Source: Euryarchaeota archaeon UBA111
GTDB lineage: Archaea; Thermoplasmatota; Poseidoniia; Poseidoniales; Poseidoniaceae
Length of the DNA: 28,616 bases
Reading direction: 5' to 3'
Assembly (NCBI GenBank): GCA_002506025.1
Contig: DAWS01000084.1
Span: 1-28,616, forward strand
The translations under genes were made by a program, and so were the position numbers. Positions 10,401 to 16,965 of the stretch are shown piece by piece (positions within the stretch are counted from its first letter, which is position 1; every line of letters begins with the position of its first letter). Under the pieces are notes generated by a model. It was not told the DNA's origin, ran no database searches, and was given only the letters and a program-made list of their open reading frames with translations.

Positions 10401-12297
10401 GTGTAATTTAGTTTATGACATTGGTATTGGCTGTGGCCATAACCCTGCTGAGATATTCGCCCAGTTAGAGGCTCTACAAGAACTTGGAAATAAAGGCCCT
10501 CAAGCCTCTGCAATACCTTCCTCGGGAGCAGTCAAAATAATGACCGTGCATGGCGCAAAAGGCTTGGAATCTAAGGTCGTAGTGGTTTCTGGAATTTTCC
10601 AAGCAGGACGTTATGATGCCAACATTACTACTAGGGAGAATGTGTTAGTCACCCCAGAGATAATATCTGGACGAATCAATCCTTGGCCTTCTTTGGAACG
10701 CCCAGAAGACGGGTTGTGGGAATTTACCAAGAACATCAACAGCGCTCAAAACCAGGCTGAACGCCGAAGGGAGTTTTATGTCGCACTGACTAGAGTAGAA
10801 AATCATCTTATCATCGTTGGTAACTCAACTAACAAAGGCAATATTTGTCCTGATTCAGGACTTTTGAGGTTTAATAGCAAGCCTTGGGACAACACCATGG
10901 GACATATGTGGATGGAGGGCCTTAGATCAATTGCCCACCGAGAGAATATTATCGACTCACCATGGATTAAACCTGACGACATAGGCGCCGAAACTCTAAG
11001 TGAATATGGCTCGCATGAGATTTCTCTAAATCCAGTTGATGTATATTTTAACGCTCAATTAGGCAGCAAAAGCATAAAATCAATGGCAATCTATCATAGC
11101 CCTGATTGCTTTACCGATTCTAAACCGGTTACGCCAGTAGAAAAGTGGCATCAGATTGAAACTAGTATGACTGATAATTTGGTAGCGCCAGGGCCAACAA
11201 AAAAACCCAGAGAATTAATCCATACTGTGAGGCTGGGAGCCAATACTCTCGACAATAGTTTCCAATGCCGACAGCATCACTGGCCTAATAATTTGACCAG
11301 TTGGAATCAACATCGATTACAGAAATTGGTAGCGAAACCAAATGCTGAACCATTAGAATCTAACGAATTACCCACTCCTATTGAGTTTGGTTTGATGATG
11401 CATAGGTTAGTGGAGATTAGTCTTGACAATCCAAGCAAGTATAACGCTCCTGCTACCATTCCACTCCCAGATAGCTGGTTAACTGAACCTGAAAATGAGT
11501 TAACTTCAGACAAATCAATAGAGATAGTTATGGCTGAATTTGGTTTTACCAAATCAGATAAGTCGTCAAAAAAGCGGTTTGACACCACCTTCCAACGAAT
11601 GAAAACGATAGCAAAATTGGTTGATAATGGTCTTACGGGTCAATACGCCAAGGGCGAAAGAATCCACGACTTCTTCGCTGAGGGGTTGAGAACGGAACTA
11701 CCATTTCTGTATAATCACAAGGTCGAACTCGAGACTTCAAGAGAGGTCTTCAAAAATAGTGCAATGGTCGAGGCCGCAAAAGTGGTGAATGTAGAGGTTA
11801 TTTTCGACGGTCGTGCTGACTTAGTCATCGCATATACTGATTCTTCAGGACGGGGTTACTTACAGGTTGTTGATATGAAAACAACAGGTTGTTTACATGG
11901 TTTTAACGCAACAAATCCAGATGATGGCACACTGTTACAGCAATTTAGTGGTAATCTGTATGATAAAACACCATCTACCAAGGCGGAACAAGAGATATTG
12001 AACAAGTACAAGTATCAACTTACTCTGTATTCACAAGCATTGGAAGCGATTGAAGACGCAAAGCCGGCCGAATTACGGAGGACAGTCCTACCGCCGGCAA
12101 TCTTGATTGCGGCTTCAGGACGTAGTGTCGAGATGTCACAGGAGGAGTACCAGCAGGCTAAACTTGACTTAGCGGAGCAGTTACTATGGATTGGAGAATT
12201 AGTTGCTCAGCCGCAAAAACCAGACGAACCAGGTAGAATGACTATGGAGCATGCTTTAGTCTGCTGGAATACAGGTATAGAGCCTCAACAGCCTTGA
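7453..12297 (+). CDS. addA: AddA-like SF1 (UvrD/Rep) helicase with C-terminal PD-(D/E)XK nuclease
   Basis: Walker A 'AGAGTGKT', 'ITFTRKAAAELRSRI', 'STIDAF', Walker B 'VDEYQDTN', 'VGDMKQSIYRFRQA', 'MTVHGAKGLE', 'FYVALTRVE'. Nuclease motifs are 'GRADLV', 'VVDMKTT' and 'YQLTLY'. Confidence 0.88.
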   Translation: MKFKFNISQQLGLDLDKHIAIDAGAGTGKTAVMAERYVLHLLSEYQRAKQLLPNGPRVPIQGQGSLRSPARERSKLVEWKGLLPSEVVAITFTRKAAAELRSRIRQRLITTDTKLHSIKPGDVEMLLGNLEDAPISTIDAFLSRLVTPYLDILTVQPAGEQIADVRSPMLISETINSAWRIRTVFDADEAGILGDRQGFIDARNNLAILLGGQRNAEIVLGGMLNTSLFVEETKRTIKQKSADIGIDWRENQIIASEIILDLISKPAEGFISALCAELRSILSDWLDVYLEHYQEFILDYEEEIGSDRTRFNQLVELVRNIHPDDSIGQLQWFWLVVVCCTSKSSIDNKAYGHFPRNRLPNSDGWPGGIQTNTKAKLKKPQIAQVTALATPLIEQAKSVLNSNFGRLAKILGYSSFTFDPRINVAYLPEDSTLNYTDLTNDLTIEAPTGRTRVSNELQLSVLRDLLVVHKGCQQILTLRKSQEGVHDFDDIQRLAADLLLAKCPEIVRFEYPTDVVDILDSLGSEPWSDEHLHRARDLIASKYPEWREDFERRVGILKTIRQQYLAFIVDEYQDTNPAHFRLLSRLWGPRKIVEDADQHGPWDPTICIVGDMKQSIYRFRQAEVTVMRRTVENIKRMNKIEFSRTNFEFRDLSYGRDPRPRSGVEHFKAKITKSSDLPKNAGKWNIVELNRNDEGDPVLPQETVDSRKYGHIDLTSNHRTSHDLMHTLNKIFNDVFDDRHHSLPGDYHAKPQPLNPAKMEAKYGKLEWLLPLKTGDANHSSNNELFAEDNPNPIHLEHEMIAMRLQNLLQGTPCRIWNPAKNSYMTLEQPTQLVEPNDVTILIHSRTHIGDLINRLQARGIPVISDKQGQLFSQPIVENLMSALHLIAHPDSKFAAASLAKSPIIGLTDEAMTKLFTEHNESENWWATLRDNSPSDIVSKLLTHLANQLTGHNVHNILNDILDNSDLMFAYPEDSSRQNAEQWCNLVYDIGIGCGHNPAEIFAQLEALQELGNKGPQASAIPSSGAVKIMTVHGAKGLESKVVVVSGIFQAGRYDANITTRENVLVTPEIISGRINPWPSLERPEDGLWEFTKNINSAQNQAERRREFYVALTRVENHLIIVGNSTNKGNICPDSGLLRFNSKPWDNTMGHMWMEGLRSIAHRENIIDSPWIKPDDIGAETLSEYGSHEISLNPVDVYFNAQLGSKSIKSMAIYHSPDCFTDSKPVTPVEKWHQIETSMTDNLVAPGPTKKPRELIHTVRLGANTLDNSFQCRQHHWPNNLTSWNQHRLQKLVAKPNAEPLESNELPTPIEFGLMMHRLVEISLDNPSKYNAPATIPLPDSWLTEPENELTSDKSIEIVMAEFGFTKSDKSSKKRFDTTFQRMKTIAKLVDNGLTGQYAKGERIHDFFAEGLRTELPFLYNHKVELETSREVFKNSAMVEAAKVVNVEVIFDGRADLVIAYTDSSGRGYLQVVDMKTTGCLHGFNATNPDDGTLLQQFSGNLYDKTPSTKAEQEILNKYKYQLTLYSQALEAIEDAKPAELRRTVLPPAILIAASGRSVEMSQEEYQQAKLDLAEQLLWIGELVAQPQKPDEPGRMTMEHALVCWNTGIEPQQP

Positions 12298-12302
12298 AAT
12301 TA

Positions 12303-12920
12303 CTATTTTTGTCCAGCAAATACTAGTGTTACGCCATTTTCTCCACCGGCAATCCAATGTTGAATATTAGAGAAACCGGCATCTTGCCACGCTTGGTGCC
12401 ATTGGTCTATGGTTCGCGTGGCCATCTCCACACCGACATATTCTGGCCAACTTAAACTATCCACGTTTTCTGCATAGTGATCTATGCCGATAACAGCCCA
12501 GCCTTCCTTTTGCAACCAATCGCGATAAAATAATTTTAGCATATTTTCTGGGTCTTCTAGATAGTAAAGAAATTCCATAGAATGAATATAATCAAAACGC
12601 CTGTCTGGTTTAAAATCCGGTAATTCCGCTAATATATAGTCAGAATTACCATCGATTTCCCTTGCCTTTGCAATCATTGCTGCAGCACCATCAATACCCA
12701 TAGCATATTCACAATTTTTATTTTTCAATAACTGTCTAACTACCCAGCCATTACCACATCCGACATCAACTGCAGTAAATGAGGTTCCAGCCTCTGTAAC
12801 TTTTTGTGAAATGAACTCAATCATTTCGCTCACAGAGGCAGCATGCCCTCTTTCCATACCTTCGTCTTTTCCGACTAGTGCCCAATCATGAAAAACCTCG
12901 GTTGCGGGTCTTTTGTCCAT
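12303..12920 (-). CDS. Class I SAM-dependent methyltransferase
   Basis: Motif I 'VDVGCGNGW', post-I 'MGIDGAAAMI', and 'FDYIHSMEFLYY'. Substrate unknown. Confidence 0.88.
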   Translation of the reverse strand: MDKRPATEVFHDWALVGKDEGMERGHAASVSEMIEFISQKVTEAGTSFTAVDVGCGNGWVVRQLLKNKNCEYAMGIDGAAAMIAKAREIDGNSDYILAELPDFKPDRRFDYIHSMEFLYYLEDPENMLKLFYRDWLQKEGWAVIGIDHYAENVDSLSWPEYVGVEMATRTIDQWHQAWQDAGFSNIQHWIAGGENGVTLVFAGQK

Positions 12921-12921
12921 G

Positions 12922-12937
12922 GTCGATGGTCATCGAC
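12922..12937. promoter_or_regulatory. Inverted repeat GTCGATG-GT-CATCGAC immediately upstream of the methyltransferase start codon
   Basis: Perfect 7-bp arms at 12922-12928 and 12931-12937, 1 nt from the ATG at 12920. Confidence 0.35.
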
Positions 12938-12961
12938 ATACTCAATAAATCGTCGCTTTGT

Positions 12962-13360
12962 CTAATACACTAACTGGACATCGGAATCAGCACTTAAAGC
13001 AATTACTCCGGGGGGGCCACTCCAAGTCATCCAGTTGTCGTAGCCGGCGAGAAGTTTTGAACCTGCATTTTCTTTCGTGACGCCATTTGCAGCTTGCGAT
13101 CCAGTCGAGCAATACACTTTCTTTGCGCCACTGGTTATGGTATTCAACAATTCATCGAGCAGTCCATCAGGAAGCATCCCTGAATTATTAATGCCGGCTA
13201 TGAATTCAGAATGAAGCATTTTTACTCCGTTTGCTGCAAAGAACATATCCACATCATACCCGTCATTAACCGCTTGAGCAGCACATGCTATTCCAACGAT
13301 ACATTTACGCAGGTCTACCTCAGGGTCAGTCACGATTTTTACAAAGAATTTCTTGGTCAT
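12962..13360 (-). CDS. DsrE/DsrF-like family protein
   Basis: Fold pattern 'FVKIVTDP...AQAVNDGYDVDMFFAANGVKML...KKVYCSTGS...G' matches DsrE-family motifs (FF..dGV, conserved Cys). Length is 132 aa. Confidence 0.7.
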   Translation of the reverse strand: MTKKFFVKIVTDPEVDLRKCIVGIACAAQAVNDGYDVDMFFAANGVKMLHSEFIAGINNSGMLPDGLLDELLNTITSGAKKVYCSTGSQAANGVTKENAGSKLLAGYDNWMTWSGPPGVIALSADSDVQLVY

Positions 13361-13474
13361 AACGGGTCTAAATCGAAACTAATCTATTGTGTTATTGATT
13401 GGGTTAATTCACTACTGAGCGATTACTCTTGGTTAAATATGCGACCCTACAGGATGAAGATACGAGGAATCAAC

Positions 13475-14665
13475 ATGAGCGCGAGTAAAATGAAAAACCG
13501 ACAAATTCCGGTAACAGTCCTTACCGGATTTCTTGGCTCTGGCAAAACCACATTATTGAATCATATTTTGACTAGTACTGAACACAAAATGAAGTTTGCA
13601 GTGATTGAAAACGAGTTTGGCGATGTTGGTATCGATGAGAACATCTTGGTAGAAAGTTCTGAAGAAAGCATCATTGAGGTTATGAATGGGTGTATTTGCT
13701 GTACGGTTCGCGGCGACTTGACAGAAGCTCTAGACGGCCTCTATGACCGAATCAGAGATTTCGATGGTGTTCTGATTGAGACAACTGGATTGGCAGATCC
13801 TGCACCGGTTGCTCAAACATTTTTCGTTGACGAGAGAGTTACAGAGCGATATAAACTCGACGGAATAATCACCGTCGTCGATGCTAAACATATTATTCCA
13901 CACATCGAAGAGGAGAAACCCGAAGGAGTTGAAAACGAGGCTGTCGAACAATTGGCATTTGCTGATCGAATTATGTTGAACAAAATCGACCTTGTTTCAG
14001 ATGAACAAATCGAAGAAGTCGAGGCTAAGATAAAATCCATCAACGCCTTTGCTCCAATCTACCACACCGAACAAAGCGTAATCGATCCTAGCAACCTGAT
14101 TAACATAAGCGCCTTTGACTTAGAAAAGACTCTTGCTATGGACCCGGAATTTTTGGATACAGACGCTGAGCACGAGCACGACCAAAGGGTTACCTCAACC
14201 AGCTCGATATTTACTGGTTCACTCAATGTTAACAAGTTACAACAGTGGATTGGCGAACTTATGAATGATTACGGGGAAGATTTGTTCCGCTACAAAGGAG
14301 TTCTATCCGTTAAAGGAATGGATGAAAAATTCGTCTTCCAAGGAGTACACATGCTGTTCTCTGGATACTTTAGCCAAGAAGTTGCTCCTTGGCGGAAAGG
14401 CGAAAAGCGCGAATGTCGTTTTGTCTTTATCGGCAGAAATCTTGACCATAAAATGCTTGAACAAGGCTTCCTTGATTGTAAAGCAGAAGACTTGAGGTTC
14501 AATGTTGGTGATACAATCTATGCAAACATCGGTGAATTTACCAAAGGTAAAATCCTGAAGTGCTGGGATGAAGGCAATCCTTATCGCGTAGAGATTCAGA
14601 ACGCCGAGAAATCAAATGTTTGGGTTCCGATAGATGATGACCGCTATGTCCGCAGTTCTCTGTGA
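13475..14665 (+). CDS. COG0523 / CobW-family (G3E) metallochaperone GTPase with CobW_C domain and an extra C-terminal domain
   Basis: Motifs 'IPVTVLTGFLGSGKTTLLN', 'IENEFG', metal motif 'GCICC', 'IETTGLADP', 'NKIDL', 'RYKGVL'. The start is reassigned to ATG 13475 (GAGG upstream) because the track's 13211 start overlaps the dsrE-like gene. Confidence 0.93.
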   Translation: MSASKMKNRQIPVTVLTGFLGSGKTTLLNHILTSTEHKMKFAVIENEFGDVGIDENILVESSEESIIEVMNGCICCTVRGDLTEALDGLYDRIRDFDGVLIETTGLADPAPVAQTFFVDERVTERYKLDGIITVVDAKHIIPHIEEEKPEGVENEAVEQLAFADRIMLNKIDLVSDEQIEEVEAKIKSINAFAPIYHTEQSVIDPSNLINISAFDLEKTLAMDPEFLDTDAEHEHDQRVTSTSSIFTGSLNVNKLQQWIGELMNDYGEDLFRYKGVLSVKGMDEKFVFQGVHMLFSGYFSQEVAPWRKGEKRECRFVFIGRNLDHKMLEQGFLDCKAEDLRFNVGDTIYANIGEFTKGKILKCWDEGNPYRVEIQNAEKSNVWVPIDDDRYVRSSL

Positions 14666-14686
14666 CGCGATATAAGGGGTACTGAA

Positions 14687-15022
14687 ATGTCGACAAAGTT
14701 CTATGTCTGCTCTGGATGTTGTTGCGGTAGGACAGAAAAAGGCAACTACGAAGTACCTGCTGAGTTGTTACAATCTGTCTGGCATGAGGCCGAACTACAT
14801 AATCAAGTTGAGTTGAAAATAACATCCTGCCTAGGTCCTTGTAGCATGAATAATGTCACCCTAATCAAAACTCCAGATAAATCAATTTGGCTTGGAAAAC
14901 TTAACACTGCTGAGCATTTTACAGCATTAATTTCTCTTGCAGAGGATATAAACCAATCGGGTGAGTTCAAAGATTTACCTGACCTATTAAAACCGCATAA
15001 ATTCATCCCATCATCGCTATGA
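14687..15022 (+). CDS. Thioredoxin-like [2Fe-2S] ferredoxin-family / Cys-rich metal-binding protein
   Basis: Cys pattern 'VCSGCCCG' (C8, C11, C12, C13) and 'SCLGPC' (C48, C52). CLGPC is characteristic of Trx-like 2Fe-2S ferredoxins. It lies 21 bp after the CobW-family gene. Confidence 0.65.
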   Translation: MSTKFYVCSGCCCGRTEKGNYEVPAELLQSVWHEAELHNQVELKITSCLGPCSMNNVTLIKTPDKSIWLGKLNTAEHFTALISLAEDINQSGEFKDLPDLLKPHKFIPSSL

Positions 15023-15075
15023 TGTTTGGGCGCATTGAAGCGAAATATTACCAACTATGAAGCAAACCATTCACC

Positions 15076-16032
15076 ATGGCTGCTGACGCTGAAATCGATG
15101 ATGTGCTCTACTCGAAAATTGAACCATATAGCACAGGAATGCTCGAAGTATCGGACCTACACACTATCTTTTGGGAGCGCGCAGGTAATCCTGACGGCCA
15201 ACCTGTAATAGTAATTCATGGCGGCCCAGGGGGCGGTTCACAGCCGGGATATCGGCAGTATTTTGACCCACAAAAATTTGACATAATTCAGTTCGATCAA
15301 CGCGGTTGTGGGAAATCCACACCTTATGCTGAATTGGAAGAGAATAACACACATAATTCAGTCTCTGATATCGAATCACTGAGGGAACATTTCGGGATTG
15401 ACAAATGGCATATCTTTGGGGGCTCTTGGGGCTCTACACTATCTCTAATTTATGCTCAAAATCACCCAGATAAAGCACTCAGCCTTACGCTTAGAGGCAT
15501 TTTCATGTGTCGAAAAAGCGAACTGCAATGGTTCTATCAGCATGGTGCAAGTCACGTATTTCCTGATGCGTTTGAACCATATCAAAACCATATCCCATTG
15601 GATGAGCAACATGATTTAATTTCCGCGTATTATGAGCGATTAACGAGTGATAATATTGAGATTAGAAGGGCTGCGGCGAAGGAATGGACACGGTGGGAGA
15701 TGGCTACAAGTAGATTATTTCCCGACCCAGAGTATCTCGATAAAGCCGAAGATTTGGATTTTGCAGTGGCATTTGCTAGAATTGAGTGTCACTATTTTAT
15801 CAACGGCATATTTGTTGAAGATGGCCATATCTTGAACAACTGCAACAATATCACTCACATTCCAACAACTATAGTGCAAGGACGCTACGACATGGTTTGC
15901 CCAACTGTTAGTGCTTGGGAATTACACAAACAACTGCCCAATAGTAGATTGATAATCGTTCCAGATGCTGGGCATTCTATGGGTGAAACTAGCATAGCTA
16001 GAGAATTAGTCGCTGCAACAGATAACTTGTAA
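15076..16032 (+). CDS. pip: Proline iminopeptidase (S33 alpha/beta hydrolase)
   Basis: Motifs 'HGGPGGG', 'FDQRGCGKSTP', nucleophile 'FGGSWGSTL', 'LRGIF', 'ARIECHYF', 'QGRYDMVCP', 'DAGHS'. Confidence 0.96.
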   Translation: MAADAEIDDVLYSKIEPYSTGMLEVSDLHTIFWERAGNPDGQPVIVIHGGPGGGSQPGYRQYFDPQKFDIIQFDQRGCGKSTPYAELEENNTHNSVSDIESLREHFGIDKWHIFGGSWGSTLSLIYAQNHPDKALSLTLRGIFMCRKSELQWFYQHGASHVFPDAFEPYQNHIPLDEQHDLISAYYERLTSDNIEIRRAAAKEWTRWEMATSRLFPDPEYLDKAEDLDFAVAFARIECHYFINGIFVEDGHILNNCNNITHIPTTIVQGRYDMVCPTVSAWELHKQLPNSRLIIVPDAGHSMGETSIARELVAATDNL

Positions 16033-16129
16033 CGAATAGTTAACTGAATAATATTGACCTAATGAGGCGTTCCTTTGATATGGGGTGTATGAGTGGGGTT
16101 ATTGAAGAGGATATACTCTAGGTGATTGT

Positions 16130-16957
16130 ATGGCGGATGAGGGAACAATAACTCCAGAGATTCGAATTAGCGAACTTGAAGATGCACTTGCTACTGAAAC
16201 CGAGAGGCTACAGAAATTATTCGCTGCATATGAAGGGCAAGAAAAAGACTTACTAGATGCGAGAGCAGAAATTGAGGTTTTGGAAAAGGAAATCATTGAG
16301 AGAGAAATCGAAAAAGAAGCCCAAGAATCACTAATTGCAGAAAAGGACTTCCGCATCAGAGATCTCGAAATGAAGGCGACAAAAGCCGACAAAAGAGTCG
16401 AGCACCTTGAGCCAGAACTTGAGAAAATGGAGGAGAAATATTCCCGAGAAAAAGACCGTCTTGGTAAAATCTTCAATATTGCAACAGAATTAGACGATGA
16501 TTTGAAACTCGCCGTTGCCGAAATGAAGGCTAGAGACGATTGGTATGTTTCCCACATGACCTTGTTCGAAGATTTGAATAAGGCAATCAAGGAACGTTAT
16601 GAGATGATTGAGCGAGCGGTTGAAGCAGAGCGTAAATCCCAGCACATGGCAAGAGCATTCGAAGAACGAGTCGATGAGATGGTTGATGCTCGTGCTGCCG
16701 AGATGACTGTTGAGGAAGCTGAAGAGATTAATTCCAAACCAATTGATGGCGCAGAAGAAACCGCTGACTCAGAGCAAGTTGATGAAGCGATTGACAATGC
16801 GGCAGCTGAACCGACAGAAACCGAGAATGCCGAAGCAGCAGATTCTGAAGAACCAGCAGAAGAAGCGCCAACTGAGGAAGCGCCAGCGGAAGCGGCTCCA
16901 GCATCTGCTCCAGCGCCAACATGGGGCGATGATGAAGATCCTTGGGCTGACAATTAG
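16130..16957 (+). CDS. Hypothetical long coiled-coil protein with acidic Ala/Glu/Pro-rich disordered tail
   Basis: About 190 aa of E/K/L-rich heptad-like sequence, then a low-complexity tail ending 'WGDDEDPWADN'. SD AGGTGA at 16120-16125. Confidence 0.8.
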   Translation: MADEGTITPEIRISELEDALATETERLQKLFAAYEGQEKDLLDARAEIEVLEKEIIEREIEKEAQESLIAEKDFRIRDLEMKATKADKRVEHLEPELEKMEEKYSREKDRLGKIFNIATELDDDLKLAVAEMKARDDWYVSHMTLFEDLNKAIKERYEMIERAVEAERKSQHMARAFEERVDEMVDARAAEMTVEEAEEINSKPIDGAEETADSEQVDEAIDNAAAEPTETENAEAADSEEPAEEAPTEEAPAEAAPASAPAPTWGDDEDPWADN

Positions 16958-16965
16958 GTGATACC

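Noticed and set aside
5512-11588. Multiple 70-115 aa ORFs antisense to addB and addA
   Set aside because: They are fully nested in long, motif-bearing genes, have no recognisable domains, and are expected by chance from codon bias.
3833-12297. CRISPR-associated (Cas4/Cas3) or restriction-type defence island
   Set aside because: There are no repeat-spacer array, cas genes, DNA methyltransferase motifs, integrase or flanking repeats. The architecture matches AddAB.
13211-13474. N-terminal 88-codon extension of the CobW-family ORF in the ORF track
   Set aside because: It overlaps the dsrE-like gene on the opposite strand and spans the divergent promoter. Homology starts at 'IPVTVLTGFLG', and ATG 13475 has a GAGG site upstream.
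13475-15022. De novo cobalamin biosynthesis cluster (cobW with cobN)
   Set aside because: No cob/cbi enzymes or cobaltochelatase are in the window. COG0523 membership alone does not specify cobalt.
16033-16129. tRNA or other structured ncRNA in the larger intergenic gaps (also 3703-3832, 13361-13474, 18988-19077)
   Set aside because: I found no cloverleaf, T-loop (GTTCRA) or extended pairing. The gaps are promoter-sized.
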